Source of the DNA: Camelus dromedarius
Lineage: Eukaryota
NCBI RefSeq assembly: GCF_036321535.1
Contig: NC_087451.1
Coordinates: 32,426,001-32,490,000, forward strand
Length of the DNA: 64,000 nt
Direction of reading: 5' to 3'
Both the position numbers and the translations under genes were made by a program. Shown here piece by piece: positions 26,181 to 38,128 of the stretch. How positions within the stretch are numbered: position 1 is the first letter of the stretch; the number at the start of each line of letters is the position of its first letter. A model generated the notes under the pieces. It had not been told where the DNA came from. It made no database searches and was given only the letters and a program-made list of their open reading frames with translations.

Positions 26181-26220
26181 GCTGGGCCCACATTGGCTGG
26201 GCTGGGCCCACATTGGCTGG
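26181..26220 (+). repeat. Perfect 20-bp tandem duplication (GCTGGGCCCACATTGGCTGG)x2
   Basis: Read directly at 26181-26200 and 26201-26220. Confidence 0.95.
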
Positions 26221-26323
26221 GCTCCCAGGGATGGAGGCTGGGGTGTTTGGGCCCTGAGCCAAAAAAAGACCCTGCCCTTACCGCCCGCCCCACCCCCAAT
26301 CCCAACTCACCCTTCTCCACCAG

Positions 26324-26490
26324 GGTTCCTGTGCCTGCGCTCAGACAATCTTCCGGTCTTTGCCCTGGGCATCACCATCCTGGGTGTGTGCCACTACACG
26401 CTCACTGTCAAGGGCAGCCACCTGGCCACTCATGGTGCCCTCACCGAGTCCAAACGCTGGAGCAAGATCTGGGCGCTCTTCTTCGTGGAG
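26324..26490 (+). CDS. FADS6: FADS6 exon 2 (167 nt), His box 1 (HLATH)
   Basis: CAG|GG TTC CTG TGC; FLCLRSDNLPVFALGITILGVCHYTLTVKGSHLATHGALTESKRWSKIWALFFVE; donor GTGAGC. Confidence 0.95.
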
Positions 26491-29400
26491 GTGAGCCTGG
26501 GGCTGGACGGGGTAGGAGCAGCTGCTGGTACTGCGTGGGCAACCTCATTGTTCTGTCAGGAAGGCAGAGGTTTCTGGCCAGGTCGTGTTTCTCTCTGGAC
26601 TGGCCTCAGGCCTCTCAGTTCCTCTGAGTCCTCCCTTCCTCCCTTCCAAGCAGCCCCTCCCATGGCCACCCATATCCCTTATGAACAAATATGAAAGCTG
26701 GTACCAGAAACAGCCCTTTGCTACTGGGGACTGGTTACCATGATCGATGAACTCAATTATTAATTTTTAATAAATTTATATAACTTTATAAAACTTTACT
26801 TAACTACACACACACACACACACATTTGATAAAATTATACCACATCAGTTGGGAGAGAGGAACCACTTCTTATCCAGGACACTCTCAACTCCCCAGCACC
26901 CACAAGAGGTCCTGTTGGCCATCTCATGCCCACCTCTCCCACCCGCACATGTTTCTAAAGTGCTAAGGACAAGAGGAACCAACAAGTTCCTAATCCTCAG
27001 GGCCCATTTCCAGAAGCCCTCCTTCCCAGGGACCCTGGGCGCTGTTCCAGCTAAATGCTAAGGCACAGCCCGAACCCAGGAGTCAGAGTCAGATGCCCCC
27101 CCAGGTTTGTCATTCCGGGCAGGGGGGAAACTGGGCAATGTTGTGCAGTCACGTGGGGACACAAGAGAGGAGAGTGAGCTCTGTCTAGATTTGTCAAAGC
27201 TGTGCTGAGTGCCAGGAGCCTGGGGGGCAGCTGAGAATGAAGAGGCATTGTGGGTTCTGGATGATCTGACTTCGGGGGATCCCACAGTGCAGAGATGGCC
27301 CAGTGGTTCTCGAACTTCCGTGTGCAGCTGAATGGCTGGAGGCTCAGGCTTGTTGGAGGAGAAGGCCCCGGCCACTGTATTTACCAAGTTCCCCAGCTGG
27401 ATCTGATACTCTGGGCCTAGACTCCTGGGGAACACAGGATCTCTTCTGGGGCTGAGCTTCCCACTGAGAAGTCTCCCCAGGTGCCCCCCTTCAGCTAGAG
27501 AGCCCCCATAGAGCCACAGAGCATGACCCACCCACCCTGAGGGGCCCAGGTGGCCTGGTGGCTGTGCATTGTCTTGTCCTCATGAACCCCGGGGAAGTGG
27601 CCTCGTCTTTGCCTCTTTACCTCTTTAGCTCCTGGCACAAGGCTGAGCTCAATATTTGTTGACAGTGACCCTGCAGGTGACGTAGGGGGACAAGGTCCAG
27701 GGAAAAGCTGGCTGATGGAGGGTCATAACCTAGAGGGGGAGGCTTGGCTCCCACCTCCGCATAGTGACACTGGCTGGTATACCGCAGTCCACCGCAGGGC
27801 AGGTCACACATGGTCTGTCAGCAGGCTAACCTGAGTGGAAGGCCTCTGCTTTTCTGTCCCCCAGGGCACGACTCTGGCTCCACTCCAGGGAAGACTCAGT
27901 TCCCAGTGTGAAGGAGAGGGTGGCTCCGTCTCTTCAGCCCACTGGTATCAGTGGGGCGAGTGGAGTCCTTGATCCCATCGGCTGGGCAGGGGACAGTGTC
28001 GGGGGCACAGTCTTTGGACACACTGGCTGCCTGACCTTGGGCAAGTTACTTCATTCCGCATCTAAGGGTTAGTTTCCCATCTAGTACATGAGAGTAGTAA
28101 CACAGCCTCTCTCAGGAAGCCAGCGTGAGTTTTGAACGAGACGTCGTAGATCTTAACTCAGGGTCCGGGCCTGACTCTCATGCTTGCCGGGGTGAGCTTC
28201 CCTGGTTCTTTCCCCGGAGGGAACTCAGCTGCAGGGGAAGGGTTGGTAGTTTTTGTTGTTATTTGTTAGTATTGTTTATTTTTAAACTGAAAGGTCGACC
28301 AAGTTATGCAAAGCTTGATGGAGCTGTGTGTGTGTGTGTGTGGTGAGGGGGCTGTTTGCCGAGGCCCCAGATGACCATCTGTCCTCTGCATCACACAAAG
28401 TACCAGTTTTCGCTGCCCAGGATCTCAGGAGCTCAGTGGATGACCTGCGACTCCTGGATCCCTGACCCTCCCCCTGTGCCCAGTCCTGTTGTCTCTTGTT
28501 AGTCCTCCTCTCCCCCAACCATGACCCTCAGGTAGCACCATCACTAGAGAAGAATCTCATCCTCTAGTTGCAACCTCAGGGGTCTGCTGAGTGTCACTGG
28601 CTTTCCTGGGACACCCAGCTTTTGCTGGATTTATCCTCAAGGTCACTGGCAAGAGCTGGGGGTGAGACAGGACCTCACTCTCTCTGACCCATTGGATCTG
28701 AGCAGAGGGGCGAGCAGGATGGAGGGGGTGGCTGACATCCAGGTTATTGTTGTTTCTCTGCTAAGGTATCCAAAGTCATACACCCCTCCCATTCCACGGT
28801 GAACTTCCCTCTAAAGACCCATTTCCAGTCTACGCTAGAATGTTCCATTCCCCCAAGTAGCGTACCTCTGACCTTCTACCCTGCCCACTCATTACCCTGG
28901 TCTGTCCCTCCCTGTGCTGGCCTATGTCATGGGTATATTCCTGGGGACTGCCAGTGAAGGGCCATAGGAATGTGGGGGACAGGCTGGGGCAGGCAGAGCC
29001 ACCATGGTTTACAGTTTATGTCCTGAAGCTTGGGGAGTGTTAACTCCTGCAGTCAAGAGGGCTTTAGGAACTCCCCCACAAGTCACTCACAATCAAGATG
29101 TTCCCCTGAGTGGGAGGGAACAGGCCGTGCCAGTTGCTAAGCTCTGTTGTGTCTCAACTTCAAACCCTCTTTCTAAAGTCAGCTTTGTGCTACGGGGGTG
29201 GAGTCACAGCTGGTCCAAAGAGAGCAGAGGCTGCCTGTGCTCTGGGGGAGGGGTGACGCCCAGGGGAACCTTCATCCAGTCCCATGTGGTGGTGGTGGAA
29301 ACAGAGCTCAGAACCCCCAGCCTGACCATAATTCTGGAACGTTCTCTTCCCACGAATTCAGTGTGGCTACTATTATCCTCAGGGCTGTTTCTGATCTTCT

Positions 29401-29758
29401 TTCTGCTAGTCCCCACACGAACCTCGAGGGGCGGTAATCTGAGTGTTGCTCCATTATGATTTTTATCCGCAGTACAAAATATACTTTTGTAAAAAAGTTT
29501 TTTAATTTTTGAAATAATTATATAATAATATAAATTCACAGGACATTGCAAAAATAGAACAGAGAGGTCCAGTGGACCCTTCACCCCATTTCTTCCAATA
29601 GTTAGCCATTGACATTGGTGTGTGCACGTGTTGTGTGTGTGTGTGTCTGTGTGTGTGCAATTTTATCACATGTGCAGATTTATAAAATGTACTTTTAAGG
29701 GGTCTCATGGCGAGTCCCACTCTTGTGGGTCTCTAGAAGCCTGGCTCCGGGTGTGTTA

Positions 29759-29777
29759 CATCGCCCCCTAGAGGCGG
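29759..29777 (-). promoter_or_regulatory. CTCF motif in FADS6 intron 2
   Basis: Minus strand CCGCCTCTAGGGGGCGATG. Confidence 0.65.
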
Positions 29778-29803
29778 GGGGCCCTGGGGCAGTATCAGGT
29801 GCT

Positions 29804-29820
29804 GGTCTGTAGGTGGCAGC
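29804..29820 (+). promoter_or_regulatory. Second, weaker CTCF motif, divergent from the first
   Basis: GGTCTGTAGGTGGCAGC, one core mismatch. Confidence 0.45.
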
Positions 29821-30424
29821 ACTGAGTCTGATAAGTGGCCCAGGGGGAGGGGCTTGGAGAGAAAAGGGTAGGGTTGCTTGGTGGCGCGCAGTGGCTGCCC
29901 AGCTGGGAGAGGAGACTTGGAGGGAGGCTTGGTTTGATGGGGAGCTTCGGGGGCTGAGACAGTGTGGGTCGAGGCGCTGCGTGGGCGATGACTGGATGGC
30001 TGAGCAGTACACTCAACATCACCGAGCCTCTGCTCCCAGGCGAGCCCTCTGTCAGGTGCTGGGGTACACACAGTGAACCAGACCCTCTTTCAGTTCCCCA
30101 AGGGCTCAGTGGGGAAACAGACACACACATATGACATGAAAATAACAAACCTCCTAATTACACCGGCTGACCCTTATTGGGTGCTTAGTGTGTACTTTAC
30201 CTAAATTATCTCATTTAATAGTCACGCCTCCCTATGAGGTGGAAGCTATTAAATATCACCTTTACTCTGTAGATGAGGAAACACTGGTTGGGGAGGTTAA
30301 GTCACTTGCCCCAGGCTGCACAGCTGGTTCGCAGCACAGGACCAGGGCAGGCAGAATGTGGCAGCAGCATCAACCAGGTGATGTGAAGGCTGTGAGAGCA
30401 CAGAGAGGAGAGCACGTGACGGGG

Positions 30425-30609
30425 ACACGGGTAATGTCTGCAGACGTTTGTGGCTGTCACAACTGGGCTGTGTCGGTGTCTGTGTGCACATGTGCTAAGG
30501 GATAGAGGCCAGGAACGCTGGTAAACATCCTACAATGTACAGGACAGCCCTCCAGAACATAGGATGGCACCGCCCCAAATGTCAATAGTGCCAATGCTGA
30601 GAACCCCTG
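30425..30609 (+). mobile_element. MER20 (hAT-Charlie)
   Basis: aatgtctgcagacgtttgtggctgtcacaactggg...aaacatcctacaatgtacaggacagccc...aaatgtcaatagtgcc...gagaacccctg. Confidence 0.85.
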
Positions 30610-31010
30610 GCGACAGTGTCTGGAGGAGACGCTGGCCAGGCCCAGAAGCCGGAAGGTGGGTTCAGGCTGAGCAGACATACAGACAAAGGCGTGGATATGG
30701 GAAACAGCATGGTTCTTGAGAGACCCACAGAAATCTGGGGTTGCTAGAATCTAACAGGGACTCTGGAGCAAATTGGACGAGGAGGCCCGTGTGCCAAGCA
30801 GAGGAGCTGGGAGTTTCCCAGGACAACGGCTGAAAGGGGAGAGAATTTTGTAGATGTAGGATCAGCGCCCACTACATCCAGCCTAACGAGGGGCTCGGGC
30901 TCCTCCTTCACCACGGCCCCTCTCTTACCTAAAGGTGCTAACACATTGCCACATCCCATGGAGCCTGCGGAAGAACCCGCGTGCCCTTGGAGAATTGTGT
31001 GCTCACTGAG

Positions 31011-31176
31011 TAGGGCTGTCAGATGCAGCCAATAAAAATACAGGATGCACAGTGAAGTCTGAACTTCAGATAAATGAATGCAGGCAATATTTGGGATATA
31101 GGTCTACAAACAAGGACTGGTTATTTTGTCCAAAACTAATTTATCTGGGTGTCCTATACTTTATCTGACAAACCCA
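31011..31176. mobile_element. MER53-like palindromic hAT MITE
   Basis: tagggctgtcagat...aaaatacaggatgcacag and ctgggtgtcctatactttatctgacaaaccc are imperfect inverted arms. Confidence 0.7.
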
Positions 31177-34100
31177 ACGCTGAGGACTGTGGAGCCTCAG
31201 GGACCCCTCCTGCTGACTCTGAAGCCCATTGTGAAGGGGCTGCTCAGCCCTGGGGTCAGTGGGAGAGGGTTTGGAGAGAGGAATGGGAGCTGGGATGAGC
31301 CACAGTCCCTCTTTCTCCTCCTCTCCACGCCTGAAGCCCTCTTCTCCTGTTGTCCTCTCCGGAGCGGTCCCATTGTGCCCCTGGCCTCGATCCCACCCCC
31401 ATCTCTGCCCTTCCTGTCCTCACCTCTCGCCACATCCCTCACCTGCAGCCTCCCACCCATCACCTGCCTTGTCCTGCCCCTCCCCTTCCAATCCAGTCAG
31501 GTCACCTGTGTAAAACCCAATGGCGTGTCATAATCTCATAATAAATAAACTGAAAGGGGAAAATACTAGGGAACATGTAAGAGATTGAGGACCTCCCTCA
31601 CCTCCCAAGAGGAAAATAGGGCAGCCGGGGGTGAGGTAGGAAGAAGACTCGTCACTGTGAGCTATTTGAATTATGTAAACGTATCACCTGTTCAAAAAAT
31701 AAGTTACCAGCTGGGATAACTACCTGTGGCAGCTGGTGGAGGTCTGAGGATGCTTACGTGAACAGACAACTGAATGAAGGGATGAATGAACAAATGAGAG
31801 CCGGGGCCCCCGATTTTAGCAGAAATAAGATGTCAAGAGGAACTGCAGACATCTGCCCGCACACGCTCTGCCTGTTTGCAAAACCTGAGTGCAGCTAAGG
31901 GATGGGGACTCTTAAGTTTCCCTGAAGGGCACAGAAGGTGGTGATATCAAGAAGCTTCTGGAACTTTCTCTGGGTCTGGATGTGAGATCCTCTTGGGTGA
32001 GACCTGTAAATAATCCTTCACAGCAGGACTGCCCCCGCAGCGCGTGGCCACATCCCCCTGCCCTCTGGGTGGTGGGATCCCATGAGCCAGGCCACAATTA
32101 GTGTCCAGTCGCCCCTTCTCCCAAGCCCACCGCTTTCCCTCCCGCTCTGGAAAAGGCATCTAGATGGGAGGGAGAGGTCCAGTGTTACAGAAACAGCCTC
32201 AGATCTGTTGTTATTCATATAAAAAGTCAAATCGCATGCAGATTTGGGAAGCATGTTCTGAGTCACAAACCATGTGTTACATACCACACAGGTGGCTTGT
32301 CGCCTCCACCCTGTCCCTGCCCCATCCTCAACTGGGCACGTGGCAGAGAGCCCCACCAGGTCCCCAAGGGTTGAGTTCCTAACAATCTTGGCCAGGTTCA
32401 GGCCCCTGGTCATTTCTGGCTTTGCTACTCAAAGTGTGGTCAGCTGCTGCTCTGAGAGGGGATGCAGAGCTTGGGACAGAAGGAAGGGCAACTTTGACCC
32501 TAAGCAGATGGCTGCGTTCAGCTGATGTTTCTTGAAGAAGGACGCTGTGCAGATAGGGTGGGTCCTTGGAGCAGAAATGCATGGAAGGAGCAGTTAAAAA
32601 CAGTTGCTTCTTCCAGTTACAGAACCACGAGGTTCAAAACACACACTTCTAGGCCTTGGGCAGAAGCAGGCGGGCCTCCCAGCAGACCCCGGCTGCAGCC
32701 CCTGTGTTGAACCAACCTAACTGCCTGACCCTCTTAAGCAGCAAATTCTTCGAGATCATTGGGCCTGGAAGAGACATCACTTTGACAGTTTACCTGCCCG
32801 GCCTCTGCAGCCTCCCACAGGTTCCATCCGTCTGCAAGGTTTCAGAAACAGAGAACAAGCCCATCCCTCCCCGGTTTTACGTCATCTGAGAGCAAAGCGC
32901 CTCCTGATTTTGTGGACTCCAAAGCCACGCAGTCACTGAACCAGCCTTTCCTTTCACGCCCCCCCCTTCAGAGGGGCCCGCACAGTACTGGTTTGACACA
33001 TTTTCCGTGTCTGTGGTAGGACTGCCGTTGTGACGTGCTCCCCAGCGCCCTATGGACAGGGCTTCTGGCTACGTTTCAGTTTCATTTCATTCCAAGCGAG
33101 AAAGTCTTTGCAGATGGTATGAAGACAATGTCGTTCCTTATCTGTCTTCTCCTGGTTTTGCTTCTGCTGCCTGGGCCCCGAGCCGGGTTCGTGCTCTGTT
33201 GTAGCAGGTGGCTCACCCTAGGGGTCTCATGGCTTATCTTGGATGGAACCTGGGTTCCAGTCCCACCTCTGCCACCGACTTAGCTGAGTGCCCTGGGGTG
33301 GTCACATGGCCTCTGTCTCAGTTTCTGCTTCTGTCAACTGTGAATAATAACATCACTGACTCCCTCGGCTTGGAATATTAACAAAGTCACGCGTGTGAAG
33401 TGCGGAATGATAAGCGCTCAACCGCATGTGTTCTGCTGTCTTTCTGGGGCTCACGGTGACTGGCATTGGGAAACCCTTCATGTTCTCCTGGAAATAGGCA
33501 GGCAGCGTCTTCAATAAAATTAGCAAAATCTGGCATGGATAAAACATGGGAAGAAGCTGATATCTGCATGTTCATTTGCATACATCTGTATAAGAAACAC
33601 CTTAGCACCTCTTTTGCATTCAGAATGACTGCTCTTCTTGGAGTCAGAAAGCTACTGCTGCTCACTCCCAGCTCCAGAGAATCCCACGTGGGGTCACGTC
33701 AGAGAAGAGTCATCCCTGGGAAAATGGTCACTCTCAGCCCCCCACCAGGGCACCCTCAATCTGACTGCCACCCTTGTGGACATTTCAGGAGATGGCCTCC
33801 CTTCGCCCCCAGACCGCTCCTGTCCCCCTCCCCTCACTGCTATGGGGTCAGAATACAAAGCAGTGTTAGGAAGGTACAGATATTTCCCAGATAAACTTGC
33901 ACAAAATAATTGCCGTCGGATGCCAAGAGCTCCACCTGCAGTGCATCCAGTCCTCTGAGAGCCCTCTCAGGCTTGCGGGCTGCAATCAGCAGGGCTGGCC
34001 TCCCGCCCCGAAATGCTTTGCAGCACCATGCCAAGTGGATGAAGTTGGTTTGATCGGCTGCCACACGGTGGTCATGGATACCAGAGAGTTGATGGTCAAA

Positions 34101-34244
34101 GCTGTTGAGCCGGGGGTGTAAGGCAGGAAGGCCCTGGAAATGCAGGGTTCTGGGGAAGGAGGGTGTTCTCAAGGCTCCAAAGGTCCTCTTTGCTCGCCTC
34201 TGCCTGACATGGACCCCAGCGCCCTTTCTGACTCCCTCCTCTAG

Positions 34245-34425
34245 GTGTGCACATCCTTCACTGCAGAGTACGCCAAGTACGGGCACGTCAAAATGCACCA
34301 TGGCTACACCAACGTGCTGGGCCTGGGGGACTCCAGCACGTGGAGGCTGCCCTGCCTCAACCGCTATGTCTACATGTTCCTCGCTCCTCTCTTGATCCCC
34401 CTCATAACGCCGCTGGTGGCTGTCG
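34245..34425 (+). CDS. FADS6: FADS6 exon 3 (181 nt), His box 2 (HVKMHH)
   Basis: TAG acceptor; VCTSFTAEYAKYGHVKMHHGYTNVLGLGDSSTWRLPCLNRYVYMFLAPLLIPLITPLVAV; donor GTGAGT. Confidence 0.95.
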
Positions 34426-35044
34426 GTGAGTAGGCCAGGGACGTGCCCCCCAGATACCTGGCCCCCTCTATCCTTCCTTCCTCTCCTCGCTTCACAGAGG
34501 CTTCGTGGAGGAAGTGAGGAGCCCTGAGTTAAGACCAGACAGAAACTTTCTGAGACAACTAGGCAGGGTGGAAAGAACCTTGGACCTGGGGCCAAGTCTG
34601 GCTCTGCCACTTACTGGCTGGTGACCGCAGGCAGGTAACTTAACCTCTCTGAGCCTTAGGTTCTTACCTGCTCCTCAAGGATGGTGTGAAAGCATCCTGA
34701 GGTCATAGCTGGAAAATGCTTTGTAAATGCCTCACACTCTAGTGCATGTTATGACTTTTAATATCACAGGAGCAATATCATACGGTGGAAGAAGCAGGGG
34801 CCACGGGGCCACCAGACTGGGGTTCAAGCCCCAGGCCACCACTTACTATCAGAGTGGCCTTGGTCAGGTTGCTGAATGCCATTTTCTCATCCATAAAATG
34901 GGCAAATCTACTTTTCAGGGCTGTGTGTGGATGGACTGAACACCTAGGGCACCCTAGTTCACACCATTGAGCCACCAGGGAGCCAGCTTATGTTGAGATT
35001 GGAGCCTGGCCGGGCCTCACCCTGTTTCTTGCCCCCTCTGGCAG

Positions 35045-35232
35045 AGCGGCTGAGAGAGGTGGAGCTCAGGACGGCCCTGCGGACGCTGGGCCTGATTTCC
35101 CTGGGCCTTTATTCTCACTACTGGCTGCTCCTGAACGTGTCTGGCTTCCAGAGCCCCGGCTCGGCCCTGGTCTGCATGTTCATCACCAGATCCCTGCTGG
35201 CCCACCCTTACCTCCACGTCAACATCTTCCAG
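35045..35232 (+). CDS. FADS6: FADS6 exon 4 (188 nt)
   Basis: CAG acceptor; ERLREVELRTALRTLGLISLGLYSHYWLLLNVSGF...AHPYLHVNIFQ; donor GTGAGG. Confidence 0.95.
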
Positions 35233-35929
35233 GTGAGGCCTCCTCTACCCTGAGCTTGGTGATGGGGGACGCGGGGACCATTCTCCAGGGTGCCTGGCCG
35301 CAGGCTGGACTCTAGGTTTTGGGGGGAGAGAGGCCACCTGAGGAAGCATCCCCTCACCTCCCACCCACCCCTCTGCCCTTCTCTCTGTGGGTCATCACAG
35401 AGAGTTTTGGTCCCAGGTAAGGAGTTTGCTTCTCTTCCACACTGGCTGCTGTTCACACATGGACTGGAGATTTATTAAGAACCTTCTCTGCACAGGTCAG
35501 TTGATTAAGCTCTGTGGGGACACAAGTGAATAGGACCCCAGCTCCTACCGTCAGGGTTTTCACTGTGATAAGCCCAAGGGAAGTGAAACAAGTGCATGGC
35601 AGAGGTCCCAGCGCACATGCTGAGAGGAGCTGGAGATGGGAGGTCCTCGTGGGAGGCCAGCTCAGTTCTGGGGCCATTTCCATAGGACCAGTGAAGACCC
35701 CAGTTTACAGCATCCTGCATGCGACCATCCCAGCACTTACTGCATAGCCATCAACGACTTAATCCCATCTGTGGCCCATCTGTTTGTCCTGCTAGAGTGG
35801 AAGCTCCCGTTCACATCCACATCCTCTAGACCTAGGACAGTGCCTGGAAGAGGAGGCATTTATATATACTTGCTGAACAAAAAAATATACAAGGATGTGC
35901 AAACTTGATCTTGAGCCATGAACAGGATT

Positions 35930-36311
35930 TCTTTTTAATTGATATAGTCGGTTTATAATGTGTTAATTTCTAGTGTACAGCAAAGTGATTCATTTATACA
36001 TATATATATTCCTTTTCATATTCTTTTTTATTATATGTCATTACAAGGTATTGATTATAGTTCCCTTTGCTATACAGTAGGACCTTGTTGTTTATCTATT
36101 TTATTTATAGGAGTTAGTATCTACAAATCCTGAACTCCCAATTTATCGTTCTCCACCTCCTCCCCCACTGGTAACCATAAGTTTGTTTTCTATGTCTGTG
36201 AGTCTGTCTCTGTTTTGTAAATAAGTTCACTTGTGTCCTTTTTTAGTAAAGATTCCACATATAAGTGATATCATATGGTATTTTTCTTTCTCTTTCTGGC
36301 TTACTTGGTAT
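35930..36311 (-). mobile_element. L1 3' end, continuing into a 232-N gap (36312-36543)
   Basis: tagtgtacagcaaagtgattcatttatacatatat...gattccacatataagtgatatcatatggtatttttctttctctttctggcttact. Confidence 0.88.
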
Positions 36312-36952
36312 NNNNNNNNNNNNNNNNNNNNNNNNNNNNNNNNNNNNNNNNNNNNNNNNNNNNNNNNNNNNNNNNNNNNNNNNNNNNNNNNNNNNNNNNN
36401 NNNNNNNNNNNNNNNNNNNNNNNNNNNNNNNNNNNNNNNNNNNNNNNNNNNNNNNNNNNNNNNNNNNNNNNNNNNNNNNNNNNNNNNNNNNNNNNNNNNN
36501 NNNNNNNNNNNNNNNNNNNNNNNNNNNNNNNNNNNNNNNNNNNTTTTCAAATTATATGCCCAGGAGAGGGAATCATGAGCAGGACTTGAAAAGAGAGCAG
36601 AGAAGGGTCTCTCCAGGATGAAGTGAAGGAACAGGGATGTGAGCGACTGTGGTGGGCAGTCGTGGGCTTTAAAGTATCACAGGATCTGAAGGATACCCAA
36701 GCCAAGCCCCTCACTGCACGGATGGGGAGAGAGGCCCAGAGAGGGGACAGATTCAGCACAGAGCACAGACAGGGTCGTCTTGGAGCTGGGCTGAGAACCT
36801 CAGCCTCCTCATGTCTCTACCAGGTCCCGATGGAGTCGGGGGCAGAGGAGGGAGGGCAGAAGAACCCACAGGTCCCCCAGTGCTAGGTGAGGATGCCTGG
36901 GGCAGGTGGAGAGGCACAGTGCTGCCTGGCGTGACCCTTGTGTCTATGACAG

Positions 36953-37132
36953 CACATCGGACTGCCCATGTTCTCCCGGGACAAGAAGCCCCGACGGATT
37001 CACATGATGAGCCTGGGAGTGCTTAACCTGCCCCGGCTGCCCGTGCTGGACTGGGCATTTGGCCACTCCCTCATCAGCTGCCACGTGGAGCATCACCTCT
37101 TCCCCAGGCTCTCTGACCACATGTGCCTGAAG
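36953..37132 (+). CDS. FADS6: FADS6 exon 5 (180 nt), His box 3 (HVEHH)
   Basis: CAG acceptor; HIGLPMFSRDKKPRRIHMMSLGVLNLPRLPVLDWAFGHSLISCHVEHHLFPRLSDHMCLK; donor GTAGGT. Confidence 0.95.
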
Positions 37133-37725
37133 GTAGGTGAGGGTCAGGCTGAAGGGGCTCAGAAGAAGGAACTCTCTGAGGGCAGAAAGGGAGTCTCCTC
37201 CAGGGTTCTCTGAGAACCTGGCCTGGTCAGAGATTCCCAAAAAGGGCAGCCCAGGGTACAAGCAGCAGTATGGGTTTCCTACCAGAGACACCTGGGTTTT
37301 TCACTAGCAGTGCGACTCTGGACAAGTTAACTGAATGGCTCTGAGCCTCAGCTTCCTCACCTGTCAAATGGGATTAGGCAGTGCTTACACTGACAGGCTT
37401 TGAAGATGAAATGAAGAAGTGGATCTGAAATGTTGGGCACACCATAAGTGCTTGATAAAAGGAGCTATGGTGTTTATTGCCCTGTGCTAAGGACGACTGT
37501 CAAACAGTCTGGAGTCCTGGCGGAGGATGTTGGGGAGAAGTCTACCCTTTTCCCTTGCCTGCTAGAAATGGGGAGGCAGGAATTCTCCAAGCCCTTCAGC
37601 TCCCCCAGAGCATCATGGGACAAAGCAGACAGGAGTTGGGGCTGGGAAGAGGAAGGGTCTCCATGGGGAGGGACCTGTCCACAGTCCCGGCTCAGCGGCC
37701 CCTCCTCCTGCCCATCTTCTGGCAG

Positions 37726-37875
37726 GTGAAGCCCGTGGTGTCCCAGTTCCTTCATGAGAAGCAGCTGCCATACAACGAGGACTCCTACCTGGCTCGCTTC
37801 CGGCTGTTTCTCAATCGCTACGAGGAGTTCATGGTGCAGACGCCCCCCATCACAGAGCTGGTGGGGCTGCAATGA
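37726..37875 (+). CDS. FADS6: FADS6 exon 6 (last; total 342 aa)
   Basis: CAG acceptor; VKPVVSQFLHEKQLPYNEDSYLARFRLFLNRYEEFMVQTPPITELVGLQ* (TGA 37873-37875). Confidence 0.95.
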   Translation: MKPVVSQFLHEKQLPYNEDSYLARFRLFLNRYEEFMVQTPPITELVGLQ

Positions 37876-38122
37876 TGGGTGGACTGGCACAGTCACCCTG
37901 CCCTCCCTCCCAGGCCCAACCCTGGCTCTCCTGCTTCTGCTGGTCATCCCTGGGGCCGGGAGGGCACAGGCCCTTGCCCAGTGAGTGTGGCTCTGCCACT
38001 GGTGGTGGACTTGGAATGTGGAGGCACTGGGCGGGCAGCGAGGTGGGGAGTTCATGCCAGGGGTCCTGGGGATCACTGCCCTGCTTGCTTTTCTGGGTTT
38101 CAAGGACTATCTGGGGGAAAGG

Positions 38123-38128
38123 AATAAA
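38123..38128 (+). terminator. Possible FADS6 proximal polyadenylation signal
   Basis: AATAAA about 250 nt after the stop; usage unverified. Confidence 0.35.

Noticed and set aside
26181-26220. Direct repeats as a possible CRISPR-like array
   Set aside because: Two abutting copies with no spacers, in a mammalian intron, with no cas genes.
33840-34610. 256-aa minus-strand ORF
   Set aside because: Antisense shadow of FADS6 exon 3 plus a MIR; no recognisable domain.
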